DNA of 64,000 nucleotides from Albugo candida (lineage: Eukaryota): positions 620,001-684,000 of the forward strand of contig JBDOQK010000007.1 of NCBI GenBank assembly GCA_040437565.1. Direction: 5' to 3'. Positions 51,297 to 64,000 of this stretch are shown here, piece by piece. The notes below the pieces were generated by a model. It was not told where the DNA came from and made no database searches. It saw only the letters and a program-made list of their open reading frames with translations. A program made the translations under genes and the position numbers. Within the stretch, counting starts at the first letter, position 1. Every line of letters begins with the position of its first letter.

Positions 51297-54200
51297 TTCC
51301 CAACACGTTCACTTGAGAACCCACTGTTACCAGTTGAATGTGGAATAGAACCTTTTGGGGTTTTTGGAGTGCCTTCCGAGTGAAGAGGAATACCATGTGA
51401 TCCGATGGGTAAATTCAAAGAGCCTGCGAAAGAGTGCGCCCGATGAAGAAACGAGTTGTGATGACGTTTCAACATGGCACGGAATCCATGCAATTCCTCA
51501 TCGTCGACTCCATCCAACAAAATCATTGACAATGCTTGTGTCGCTGCTGTTCCTTTTTTCACCCAACGCCGACGACGCACCTGTGCGATTATTCGATCTG
51601 TCATAAAATGCTGCAATTTTTCTCGCTTTGTAATCTCATCCGAGCCCGTCCGAAACTGTTGAAAAACTTCAAAGTTACGTGCATAACACCATCCATCGTT
51701 GTCCATTGAATACAGCTTTTTACGACCGTTATCCTTTCGAGTGTCTACCTCGAAATCATCGAGATCAAAGCGATCGAGAGGTATTGGCACACCATTCACG
51801 TCAGTCCACGGCGCATAATCGCCATCCTTCAAATGGCTCCAATCCCATACCTGTCGACCACGTCCTTTGATCATATTGAGGCGCTGATTTTCGTATATTT
51901 GCGTGATTTCGATATTTTGAAAGCTCGCAAATGCTCGCATTTGGTTAGAGGGTGCGCAGTTGAAAACGCGCTCAAATGTTTCGGTATTTTGGCTTGATAT
52001 ATTCTTGATCCGTTGCCACGAATGCTCTGCTAATAGATCTTCTATTGAATGATCATCTTTTGATAGACCAAGATGCTCTCGGAAAAGTTGCATTCTCAAT
52101 GAACTTGCGGCAACACCTCGTCGACACGTTTTCCCATTCATAAGTCCATCCGTGAATTCCATATCTTCAATGACAACAGCTATTTCGGAGTCGCGATATC
52201 CCAACATGCTGCGGTCATTGATATTGGCGCTTCCAATGATCACATAGCAATCATCTGCGATGAGGAGTTTACTGTGAATGTATATCTGCTCCGTTGAAAC
52301 ACATCCGTTGGGCATGATCCCATAATTCCGCAAACCAAAAAACGCGACATAATCTTCAGGTTCGTTGGTGAATTGCCGTAACTCTGAAAACAGACTGTGC
52401 CTACCACGACATATTGTTGCAAATTGCCAATGCATGACAGCGTGTAAATTGGTTAGCTCCTCACTTCTAATGTTACCTTCAAAGGCGGGCAATAACGGCA
52501 TCAAGACGTATACTCGAAAAACTTGATTCTCTTCCACTGCCCGGCGAATACGATCCACAAGAGCTTGTAATATACGATTACTGACTACGTGATTGGAATT
52601 CATTCCGGAGATGAAAAACTGGTTTTCGATGTAGATGTAGTGTTTCGATCGAGCAATGATTTCCAAATACGCTTCGTGTATGCTGCTTTCCGTGTTGACT
52701 CCGGCCGACCAAAGAGAGGCAGACCGGACAACTTGAACATGAACTTTTTGGGAATGTGGATGTGGCTTTGTGCCAACAAAACTTACATCTTGTGGAGGCA
52801 TTGGTCGTTTACTACGCTCTCGAGCTGCCAGCTCTGGAAAGAATTTCTGTGAGAGAGCCCCATTGCCAGTGTTGTAGTGATCCGAGTTTGCGCGATGCTG
52901 TGAATTGCTATCATTAAAAACTGTGTCGCCATTACCGTTAGTCTCCCATCGACTATGAAATGACGAAAATACGGTGGTGGTGGTCGGTGTCATGAGATGT
53001 GAGCCATTCACGTCTCCGGGGTGTTGACCTTCATTGCTTTCACCATCTATGAGAGGCGGAAAGACTCCATCCAAATTGTAGCACAATTTCCATCCATCAA
53101 AATCCATCGGCAGAATACATTTCGGAAGGTATCTGAATCGTCTCGATCGGAGACAAATACACCAGCCTGTTCTTAGTTGATAATCGTTCTTGGAGCACAC
53201 GAAATTCCATCGCTGAATAAAGTGATACGCGACATCCTGCGCTGCTGGACCAGCTATACTGCAATGTACATCGTGCCATGGCATTCGAGGTACAGATGCC
53301 CGATCTACCAAATCCTCAAAAGGTTTATTGACACGTACAAAGTCCTTAATGATTGGATTTGAGTAGTCTTTGCCCAGCCATATATGGGCATCTGGCTTTT
53401 TCGGATCGCCATCGCTTAGCGGATGCCCGCTGTGATCATACCTTCCGAAACACAAGTCTAATCCTCCCACAAAAGCCAGCGACTGATCGATACATACAAT
53501 TTTCTCATGATGAGACCAAAATCCAAGGCTTTGAATCTGAAAAATTGGATCCCGAAGAACGTGGATATTAGAATGAACATTCAAACTTCGCTTTGTATAC
53601 TGGCTATTCAATGTCAATGCCAATTTCACCTCGCGATATATCAAGATATAAATTCTGACTCCTTCTTCGGCTTTTTGGAGCAACAAATTACGTAATTGTG
53701 TGTCACTTTCCACTCTTTTTTCTTTTGACATTTCTTTGACACCTTCCAATTTGCGTCCTGGACGTATAAGGAAGAGATCGGGACATATCCACCATCCAGC
53801 AATAAGGATTTCATGCTTTGCATTTCGAATAGCGTGGTACATGGCCTCGAATGTATCTTCACCATCGACATGCCAGCTTACAGAACAGGCAGCATTCTCG
53901 CGTTCATGTGGTTCGAAAGCAATATGTGGATTTTTAGTACCTGTAGGTTCAAGTCGCCGAGGATGAATATCCATTCGTTTGAGCCCGGAAACGTGTTTCT
54001 TGCTTTGTTTCGGATTCAGACTAGAGTCTAGCTGTTTGCTGGACTTGGGCTTTACAAAGCTTGCAGTGCTATCGACCTTGGAACTGATCCTTTCAGGAGC
54101 AAACGAATTATACCGATGTGCCGTTGTGTTACTTCGAAATGTCTGTAGATGTTGTATGCATCGAAACCAATGATCACGGCGAATGTGTGCATGCCAAATA

Positions 54201-57200
54201 CCAAAAAAGCTGAGAAGATAGTTGAAAAGAAGACCAAGGGCAGCTGCCATGAATCCACCAAACAGTAGAATCAATACAAAACGAGCAAANNNNNNNNNNN
54301 NNNNNNNNNNNNNNNNNNNNNNNNNNNNNNNNNNNNNNNNNNNNNNNNNNNNNNNNNNNNNNNNNNNNNNNNNNNNNNNNNNNNNNNNNGACTATGAAAT
54401 GACGAAAATACGGTGGTGGTGGTCGGTGTCATGAGATGTGAGCCATTCACGTCTCCGGGGTGTTGACCTTCATTGCTTTCACCATCTATGAGAGGCGGAA
54501 AGACTCCATCCAAATTGTAGCACAATTTCCATCCATCAAAATCCATCGGCAGAATACATTTCGGAAGGTATCTGAATCGTCTCGATCGGAGACAAATACA
54601 CCAGCCTGTTCTTAGTTGATAATCGTTCTTGGAGCACACGAAATTCCATCGCTGAATAAAGTGATACGCGACATCCTGCGCTGCTGGACCAGCTATACTG
54701 CAATGTACATCGTGCCATGGCATTCGAGGTACAGATGCCCGATCTACCAAATCCTCAAAAGGTTTATTGACACGTACAAAGTCCTTAATGATTGGATTTG
54801 AGTAGTCTTTGCCCAGCCATATATGGGCATCTGGCTTTTTCGGATCGCCATCGCTTAGCGGATGCCCGCTGTGATCATACCTTCCGAAACACAAGTCTAA
54901 TCCTCCCACAAAAGCCAGCGACTGATCGATACATACAATTTTCTCATGATGAGACCAAAATCCAAGGCTTTGAATCTGAAAAATTGGATCCCGAAGAACG
55001 TGGATATTAGAATGAACATTCAAACTTCGCTTTGTATACTGGCTATTCAATGTCAATGCCAATTTCACCTCGCGATATATCAAGATATAAATTCTGACTC
55101 CTTCTTCGGCTTTTTGGAGCAACAAATTACGTAATTGTGTGTCACTTTCCACTCTTTTTTCTTTTGACATTTCTTTGACACCTTCCAATTTGCGTCCTGG
55201 ACGTATAAGGAAGAGATCGGGACATATCCACCATCCAGCAATAAGGATTTCATGCTTTGCATTTCGAATAGCGTGGTACATGGCCTCGAATGTATCTTCA
55301 CCATCGACATGCCAGCTTACAGAACAGGCAGCATTCTCGCGTTCATGTGGTTCGAAAGCAATATGTGGATTTTTAGTACCTGTAGGTTCAAGTCGCCGAG
55401 GATGAATATCCATTCGTTTGAGCCCGGAAACGTGTTTCTTGCTTTGTTTCGGATTCAGACTAGAGTCTAGCTGTTTGCTGGACTTGGGCTTTACAAAGCT
55501 TGCAGTGCTATCGACCTTGGAACTGATCCTTTCAGGAGCAAACGAATTATACCGATGTGCCGTTGTGTTACTTCGAAATGTCTGTAGATGTTGTATGCAT
55601 CGAAACCAATGATCACGGCGAATGTGTGCATGCCAAATACCAAAAAAGCTGAGAAGATAGTTGAAAAGAAGACCAAGGGCAGCTGCCATGAATCCACCAA
55701 ACAGTAGAATCAATACAAAACGAGCAAATACAGTCCATGTATACACTCCTATCCTGACTGAGATATAACAAAATTGTGGAGACGTGATGATTGTGCTAAG
55801 TGAACTTGCATGAATCCCCTGTAACGAAACTGGACCAAGGCCATTGACTGGAAATGACTCACCACTTGAATAATATTGATCGTTATCTGGATCGTTCTTC
55901 TTCAATATTCCTACGATAGTGTGCTTTGTCACCATATGAGCCAGTATTGTTCCTTTGATAAGATCGTTGTTTGTGCCTAACCAAAGTGATTGAGCGATAG
56001 TATAAAAGTTTGATGTATTGGAATTCTTTTCCAGTTGAATGATAGTTACGTGTTGATCATCGACATTGACATTAATGTCTTTCGGTGCCGTGAAATAGTA
56101 CCCGCAGTAGTTGGCTTGTACCACAGATTGATCTGGTCGTACTGCTTGTGCTCTCAGTAAAGGATCCTGTACAGGAGGAAGTGCACGGTAATTGAACGAC
56201 CACGGCATAGTCAGAATCACAAGATACGAGACCAAGCAAAGAGCCATAAATGAGGTAATCCGTCCATAATAATGTCCTGTATCTAATTCAAGAAAGCCAG
56301 CATCACTGCCAACAAGCAGTCCGTTCGGCATCCAAGACACTCCCTGTCGAAAATTCCCTTTCGTGGCAGAGAATTTTTGATCAAATAGAAATACTTCGCT
56401 CGGTTCTCGGTCTTTTCGATGACGATAAGCCGCGATGCAGGAAGGTTTTAATACCACCCAACGTCGTATCACACCAAGACGGTGTTTGAAGAACATGTAT
56501 ACAAAAGCTATGATGTAAGCAAGAATCGATAAAGTAACGATACCCACAAAAAAACGCTTTCGATTGAATAGTATCTCATCACCAATACGTTCATCTCGAA
56601 GTCGTTTGATCCCAAGAAACTGAGGTAAATTGGCAATCACCACAAAAACGACGGGCAAAATGAACATAACTACAGTTGAAGCGAATGCAATGCGCATCCA
56701 TGTACGATATAAATGGCGATACAATGTCTCAATCGTTGAATTAAAGCATCGATACAGCGGTAGCTGAAAGGCTCCGTTGATTCTCAAATGAGCATAACCT
56801 TCCTTTAGAGATGGTCCATATCGTGTTCTATTTCGAAGTGGTGAAATCTCTAGAAATGATAATAATACCTCCGAATGCTCTAAATTGGCTTCACTAATCA
56901 ACGTTCGAATGTAATGTTGGACCAAAGGAGCATCTTCCACACGATTCTTGGCAAGTTTTTCCCTCCACATAGTCCACGGAAGTCGTTTCACAAAACGAAT
57001 CCAATCTGAAATTGTAAGCCTACCATTCCTTTTGTGCAAAAGCACTTTATTCCAAAGAAGGTAGCATACAAGTTTCATATGCAGCTGGACGAGCTGTTTT
57101 TGCCTAAAGCGTATCTCCCATTCGGTTCGACGGTCCCAGCTTACTCGACCGACAAATAAACAAATCGGAATCAGATTCGCTCGGACAACACTGGCTCCTG

Positions 57201-57636
57201 TTGTTCGAAACTCGATTTTATCCATTTCAAAATCAGAAACGTGATAACGATTTCTGCTAGTAATCTCGTCTTCTTCGTATAAAGTTTGTTCTGAAAACGT
57301 TGAGCCCGAGACACTTCTTTGGTCTCTTGTGCCATCCAGCGCAATTATTTCCGAGTGATCGTCAGCATCTTCAGATGGCGCGGATGATAGAGGTGATATC
57401 TGAGAGTAAGAGGAGTCCATCGCATGCAATATCGCAAAATCGCTGTCTTCGTTTTCTACATCTTCTTTAACACCATCTTTTGATAACTCATCTTGATCAT
57501 TCGTTTTCTGTAATATATACGCACTTCGTATTGGTGTATTGCTCGCAAATGAAAAGTCCTCGAGAGGTTCATTCGTATGACTGGAAGTATCAGTGCACAC
57601 GTTATCATCTCTATCTTCAACATGAGATTCGCTCAT
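50711..57636 (-). CDS. Transmembrane phospholipase D (oomycete PXTM-PLD type), single intronless gene split by a gap and duplication
   Basis: Removing the 1439-nt offset gives 5487 nt = 1828 aa + stop in one frame. PX-like end (LLSFLEIS), PH-like strands (KEGYAHLR, RRWVVLKPSCIAAY, EPSEVFLFD) interrupted by hydrophobic segments, HKD1 SHHEKIVCID, PRMPWHD, YIYIENQFF, HKD2 YIHSKLLIADD..GSANINDRS, IQGHLVDFPLDFL. Confidence 0.93.
52951..55728 (+). repeat. Direct duplication 52951..54289 = 54390..55728 flanking a 100-N gap (likely assembly artefact)
   Basis: Offset 1439 nt, translations identical in both PLD ORFs. Gap 54290..54389. Confidence 0.95.
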
Positions 57637-57830
57637 ATCACTTATTGATTGCTAGTGTAGTCGCACTAGCATTCGTTACCGGCCGGACCCTCGAATACGA
57701 AATTTACAGAGTCGAAATCAGCACTACTAAAAGCGTATTATTTGTCAGATAAATCGAATGATATTTTGTGTTAGCAAGTGAATACTCTGCCCTGCGTGTA
57801 ACCTCGTGAGTTGGAAGCCCTTTCGCTGTG

Positions 57831-57930
57831 NNNNNNNNNNNNNNNNNNNNNNNNNNNNNNNNNNNNNNNNNNNNNNNNNNNNNNNNNNNNNNNNNNNNNN
57901 NNNNNNNNNNNNNNNNNNNNNNNNNNNNNN
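57831..57930. other. Assembly gap (100 N) without visible flanking duplication
   Basis: Run of N. Confidence 0.99.
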
Positions 57931-58062
57931 AATCAGCTCCACTAGCTTACTCTCCATGTTTAGTGAATATGGCTTCACACCCTATTTCATGTATCGTACA
58001 TAGACATTTACTGTGAAAATAAGAAATATATTATGTTTCAGTGATCTCATGATCTTGAAAAA

Positions 58063-61000
58063 TCACTTTTGATTAGATTGCTCTTGAAAACGGCTGCGAA
58101 TATTGCGCTCTAACTCCATGGCCTAAGAATTTCATCAGAAACTGTATTACATGCGATACGAATAAACTCGGTCTCACCTCCTTGAATACCGTATCAATGC
58201 GATTTGGACTTCCTCTCAGGGGCGGACGAGGCTTGCTCCGTTCGGATTGAGAGACTTGCCTCGGTCGAGGATTATGGACTAGAAATGGTAATGTCATATT
58301 CTTCCTAAACATGTATGGTCATGTCAGAGGAGAATTATCAAACTCGTTCTCTTCGAAAAATTACCGGTCTTGTACAGGCATTCGAAAGCCCCCACGATAG
58401 ACATAGTCGTCATCAGAGCGGTCGACGTCCTAAAGTTTCATCCTCAGAATCACAATACAAAAGTGTTTAAAGGTGCCTACCTGTTCTTGCTGCTGTGGAA
58501 TTATCACTTCTGCCTTCTCTGATGATAACTCATTTGCAATAGGACCTTCTCTGATCATTGGAGAGACTGGAACCGGGCGACTGCAGGCAATACAAACGGT
58601 TGCTTTAGTTCCGATTGCTGTTGTATCGTCCATAGGACCCATCGGATAATAGATAGATAATTCCGCTCGCAAGTCACGCAGGCCCTCCTCCAACTGCCTT
58701 CGTAGATGCTCGAGCATTTCTTTTCTTATCCTTGCTATCTCCCCATTATTCCAATCTTGCAAATAATTGGTTTTCTGATCGACCTGTTGCATGATTTTAT
58801 CCAGCACGGCAAGGTTATTAAAATTGGGTGTAGTGCCACGACCTGATTTGCAGGTTTGTGTGTCGTCTTGAGGATTCAGATTAGAGCTTGCACTTTGTTC
58901 CCTTGTAATGGATGGTGTAATGTTGCCTAGACTCTGCGTGACTCTTTGCACAACAAGATGGACGAGAGAATCATAATCGGATTGTGTCATAGGTGGATTG
59001 TAATCATGCTGTGCTGATCTAGCATCATCATTGGCGCTGCTAGGGCGATTTCTCTGTGAATCAGTAAGGAACCTCGACAATTTGGCGATTTCATCAAACA
59101 TTTCCTGACGTAGCTGATCTAACTCTGCACCTTCAACAAAAGACTTGTCTCCAAATTCGTGAGATGATGAGTTCATAGGAGGCGAGACAGTTGCTTTGTC
59201 TCTTAAAGTACTTTCAATCACATCAACGCGATGAAGTAGATCCTCCGATCTTGTATCAAACGGAAGCAAATCTCCAGCATCAGGCTGGCGAAAACTCGAA
59301 GCGGGTTCAGTGTCCTTTAGGTTGCTGTTGGGATTTTCTGCATGAGTAGAAATGAGCGGTGCACCCTTGACACCACTCATCAAAGCTTTTTGTACATAAT
59401 GTGTGGCCCGCAGGGACCAAAAGTTCAGCAACTACGTCACACTTGTTAATCGACAAACTCTATTACCGAAACAAGAAGAAGAACGTACTCTGGCTTGGAT
59501 GTCTTCAGTATTCTTTGCGACTAGATTTCTCTCTTCTTCTAATAATGACTTCCGCTGGGTCAATTCAAGAATTTCATCGTCCAGCAACCGCAATTGGCGC
59601 AAAATTTCGCTGGTCTCGGACGATCCAAATTCGCTTGATCCACCTTTCAACTTTCTTTCCGTACGGCTTATAATTTCAGAAAGAGCGGCCAAGTTTTTTG
59701 TGACCAAATCAGGGATTGCAAAAGATGCTGACGACTTGGAGGAGGTATTACTCAGTAGACGGATAAGTGGTTCAATCTGGGCGTGCAATATCCCTCGTGC
59801 AGGAGAATCCGTTGAAATCTCTTCTTTCTCCAAAACTTCGATTTGCTCAAACGCATTTTGTAGTGAAGCTTTGTGTGCCTTGAAATCATTGCTGGCTAAA
59901 GTCACTAAACTCTTCTCTGATTCCAGCTGTATTCGAATGCTTTCCACAGAGTCATGCAATTGATCACCACTATTAGTCTTCATTGTACTGAGTACCTCTT
60001 CGTGCTGCGCGATCGTTGACTTGACACTGCCCATGTCACGTTGTACGCTCTCAATAGAAGTTTCTGTTGATTGTCGAATATCAGAAAGTCTCTGGAAAAT
60101 CATAGAGAAATCGTATTGCGCGGAAGCAGGGGAAGTTTTTGCCAGACCATTTTCTCTGGTTTCACTTCCTTCTATCTCACTCTCATTCAAAGATGGATGC
60201 TTGAGTGAGACAAGTGTTTTATGCTGCAGTAGTAAATCATCAAGAATTCCCTTAACACGTCTCAGGTCACCCTTGTCTTCATCAATTTTCCCATGGCATT
60301 GCTCTAGATCTTCGGTGTGACGTCCAAGATCTCGTTCCAATCTATTCAATGTATCTCTCAGTTGATCGCATGACTGTGCCTGCTGTTCATTGTCTTTCCG
60401 TGACCGTTGTACTGCCTCCTCTAAAGATGATTTTGCCGCTTCTAGATTGTCAATTTGACTTTCGATTTTATCGTGAAATGCCGGTTTGGAACTTTGCATG
60501 AGTGCTATTGCAGCATTTGTTTCCTGCAGCATTTTCTCGTGTGCTTCACAAAACTTCTCAATGTCTGATAAGCGTGCTTGTATACTGTTGTCATCAATGC
60601 CGAGACCAGGCTTTGGTGACCTAGAGATTTCACCGGCATGCACTCGATCAACTGTCGTAATTTCTGCCGCTCCCCCTCTACCATCAAGCTTTTCCATTAG
60701 ATATAATTTCAATTCCTCTAAGTCCGCCCTTCTCACATAATCTGATATTATCTGATGAACTTGGGATTCTAAGGTACCACTTTCATTCCCGTCAGCTTCC
60801 ACATAATCTCCAAACGAGGTGGCGGCTATTGTGACTTTACCGCCCGTATCGGCTGGATCCTTTTTTATTGTATCATCCTCTGTCTGACTGACTTCATCTG
60901 TTGACGAGTTTCGTGTCTCCTTCGCTTCTTCAACTTCTGCCATTTGTACTTGTAGCTGCTTCACCTGTTTCTGCAGATCGTTAATAGTATCTGCCATTAG

Positions 61001-61258
61001 TTTCTTATCTGTTTCGGCACTATCCATCTGATTTTGAAATAGCTGAAGATTACTCTCGAATTCCGCCATCTTCTGACTGCTATTTTGCTGTAATTTTTGC
61101 ACTTTGGTTGACGAAGCACCCAGAGTTTGTAAAATTTGCAACAGAGGATCCCATGCAAAGCTATACGTGATCAGTTCTTTTTTAAGTAGGGAAGCGTAAG
61201 TAGATGGATCAAATTCGACCCCCACATTATCGTGACTCATAAAATCTTGCTGCGCCAT
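58063..61258 (-). CDS. Long coiled-coil protein with C-terminal CxxC motif (QRICH2/DUF4795-like tail), 5 predicted exons
   Basis: ORFs 59432..61258 and 58430..59431 joined by intron 59432..59488; further small exons DVDRSDDDYVYRGGFRMPVQDR, KNMTLPFL..., AMELERNIRSRFQEQSNQK ending TGA 58065..58063. TAIGTKATVCIACSRPV resembles the C(L/I)SCDRP motif. Confidence 0.8.
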
Positions 61259-61483
61259 TGATCAACGTCAAATACCCTTCACGACGCTTGATGCATCACA
61301 GCATAGCAATAATAGAGCAATATATTAATAGAGGTGGCCGTTAGTCTACTTGTATTTTCTTGACAAAAAAGCAACTGAAGGGTCAAAGTTTTCCCGACAT
61401 TGCTCATATATATTCGACTGGTTTACTGCACATGATATCCTTCCGAATCTCCCTAGCTTTTTTTAATATTCTCTGTCTTATAA

Positions 61484-61681
61484 TGACAAGAAAGATGTTC
61501 CATCATGATAAGAATATTTATCAGTCCACTAGNNNNNNNNNNNNNNNNNNNNNNNNNNNNNNNNNNNNNNNNNNNNNNNNNNNNNNNNNNNNNNNNNNNN
61601 NNNNNNNNNNNNNNNNNNNNNNNNNNNNNNNNTGACAAGAAAGATGTTCCATCATGATAAGAATATTTATCAGTCCACTAG
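61484..61681 (+). repeat. 49-nt direct duplication 61484..61532 = 61633..61681 around gap 61533..61632
   Basis: Identical sequence either side of 100 N. Confidence 0.95.
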
Positions 61682-62751
61682 GATATGTTTTGCTGAGTAG
61701 GAGCACTACGTATTATTTGATACCACGTACTTGTTAAGGAGCCTTATCTCGTGTTCGTGGACGGCGTACTGAAAACGACGTCACAGTACGCATAAATCGG
61801 TTGATTGTCTACTTTTAGGCACTTTCGAATGACTTAGTTGCTATCACACGCATCTCCTGTTTACTCATTAAGAACTTCAAGACTCAGTTTTGTGTAGACG
61901 ACTTTGTTAGCATTTTTCAGGATTGCGTCCAACCAACGTTCCGCTGATTTGTTTTTCAGAAGTACTCGACAAGAGATAGCGATGCTACCCCACAATGATC
62001 GCTAATTGAACACCCACCTCGATTTTCAAATATTGCGTTTGTTCGTTTTCGTTCTTCACGTGTTGAGAAAACGTACCTGTCGCGATGTATTCTTCTCGAG
62101 CAGAAAGTTTTCTGAGTATTCTCAACCATAAGATGTGCACTGACACTTCTTAAGACAAAATACTTTGACCATATTTGTTCTGTAATGGGCGATATCTGAT
62201 ACAGAACCTGATATGTTTCACCTTGCATTCAAATTGTGTGTAATTGCACACATCAGTGCCATCACGCACACGCGCTTCCATCAACCGAGTGACATGAGCA
62301 AAAATCCACAAAGCAAATACAAGGGAGTTGAGAATCTCAGTCCGTTATAGGTAGCGCTTTCTGGATAGAATATCTCTGCCCAGATCAGTTGTGGAACACA
62401 TATCTATCAATTCTTTTCGAGTTAAATTGAAGGAAGGTGGCCTGCGCTGGAAGAGATGAGTCAATGTTGACAAGTTGAACTACCTTACTGCTTATACCCA
62501 GTGACCCAACAGCTTTTACGCAACACGGTTGTAGCGAGTGAATTAGCTGTTCGGGGTATCCCGGCCCAAGCCCGTGAGCCTCTTAAGAACCCGGCCCTCA
62601 TCAAATATAAAACGTATCATATGGTTCGAGACGGTAGAGCGTGCTCCATTCAATATCCCCTTCATTGCTCGAGGACAACAATCCTGCATGAGCCTGCAAT
62701 CTCCATAGAGAGTTCCCGAATTACGTCCGCATTGACCACATTTGCTATTCA

Positions 62752-63221
62752 CAAATGTGGCATACTGGAGATGTATAAGCCACCATCGAGCTGTATCGAA
62801 TCGAATACTTGCACTTGTCGCGTCCGAGAATATCTTGGATTCCTGGAGAACGGTAGCTTTATCGAGTCATTGGAATGGAGACGCTAAAGACATCCTTGAC
62901 AACACTACATAGGTATCGATACCTTCTTCTGTGATTNNNNNNNNNNNNNNNNNNNNNNNNNNNNNNNNNNNNNNNNNNNNNNNNNNNNNNNNNNNNNNNN
63001 NNNNNNNNNNNNNNNNNNNNNNNNNNNNNNNNNNNNCAAATGTGGCATACTGGAGATGTATAAGCCACCATCGAGCTGTATCGAATCGAATACTTGCACT
63101 TGTCGCGTCCGAGAATATCTTGGATTCCTGGAGAACGGTAGCTTTATCGAGTCATTGGAATGGAGACGCTAAAGACATCCTTGACAACACTACATAGGTA
63201 TCGATACCTTCTTCTGTGATT
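62752..63221 (+). repeat. 185-nt direct duplication 62752..62936 = 63037..63221 around gap 62937..63036
   Basis: Identical sequence either side of 100 N, offset 285. Confidence 0.95.
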
Positions 63222-63709
63222 TCATATTTTCGCAACCTCCTTCTTATTTATTTGAAAATACACAAATTGCGTGATGGAGAATCTTATGATTAGAGATATC
63301 TTCATGGTTGTGGCTGTCAACACTCGAATCCACAACCATAGATATCTCTAATCATTAACATTCTCCATCACGCAATTTGTGTATTTTCAAATACTCAGAA
63401 GTGCGAGTTTGAGTTCATTTTGGACTGCGTTAGGCACAATTACCAACGGAGCGACTTCACATTCGAGAAAACATTTCTCTTACCAGAGGAAATTTCATTT
63501 TTCTGCAATCGTAAGACTGAAGCTTCAACAATTTAGCATTTCTCCAGATTCGGATCGCAGCAATTGTCAAACCTATCGTGTTTATGTTTGGGACAGGTAC
63601 ATAACGCTGACGGCAACACTAAAGCATGATGCCCATAAAGCCCTGTTCATAATACCCAAAAGTAACGCTGCCTGGGTTGCAACTGCAGCTACCAAATTTG
63701 AAACAGTAG

Positions 63710-64000
63710 AAAGAAAGTCGCAGGTCCATTTTGTTCGACTTAAACGAAGAGATTCTCGTTCTCCCACAAAGTTTCAAAGAAGACAAGGATACCGAAAAGG
63801 TTAAGTATAATTTCTGCCTCACAAAAGGAAGAACCACCGGATGTATCGAGGTTCCTAAAGACTTCATCCTCTTCAAGGACGGCGAGGACGTGGTTATGGG
63901 CTGGCGTGACATGGCAAGATTTGGTGTACAATTCAGAAAGGACGATACTATGTACAGTGTTGCATTTGGAGTTAGTCCAATACAAAGCACAAATGGCTTA
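63710..64000 (+). CDS. Probable exon of an unknown protein, runs off the window
   Basis: After TAG at 63707..63709 (stop or acceptor) 97 open codons reach the window end: KESRRSILFDLNEEILVLPQSFKEDKDTEKVKYNFCLTKGRTTGCIEVPKDFILFKDGEDVVMGWRDMARFGVQF... Confidence 0.45.

Noticed and set aside
50711..57636. Two PLD genes or a PLD with three HKD motifs
   Set aside because: HKD1 is repeated only because 52951..54289 is duplicated across the gap; the collapsed frame has the normal two motifs.
1..64000. CRISPR arrays, tRNA/rRNA genes, intact transposons, prokaryotic defence systems
   Set aside because: No spaced direct repeats, cloverleaf motifs, terminal repeats or transposase/RT ORFs seen by eye; the DNA is spliced eukaryotic sequence. 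Small ncRNAs cannot be excluded without a covariance-model search.

Overview
Gene-dense eukaryotic genomic scaffold with short (about 50-80 nt) GT-AG introns and very small intergenic gaps. Gene content (PX/transmembrane PLD, tubulin glycylase, centrosomal proteins) and compactness suggest an oomycete with a flagellated stage, possibly Albugo-like; this is inference, no search was run. About 20 protein-coding genes are supported, several missed or fragmented by the ORF track because they are spliced or run off the window: a degenerate kinesin-motor protein, a CEP350-like protein, CWC25, CLASP, an ELMOD GAP, ZNF593/BUD20, CRIPT, a PTC7-like PP2C, a DysF-PH-Fab1-type PIP kinase, a tandem-DEP protein, condensin CAP-D2, a TTLL3/8-like glycylase, COQ9, a longin-like protein, an MSS51-C-domain protein, a transmembrane PLD and a coiled-coil protein with a CxxC tail. 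There are six 100-N gaps; five are flanked by near-identical direct duplications that look like unmerged contig overlaps, so the apparent extra copies of the PIP kinase, MSS51-C and PLD are probably artefacts. No RNA gene, CRISPR array or intact mobile element was seen. I cannot demonstrate a new biological system. The best leads are the catalytically dead-looking kinesin beside centrosome/microtubule genes, two lipid-signalling enzymes that both carry DysF-like modules, and tightly packed co-oriented genes that may be co-transcribed.
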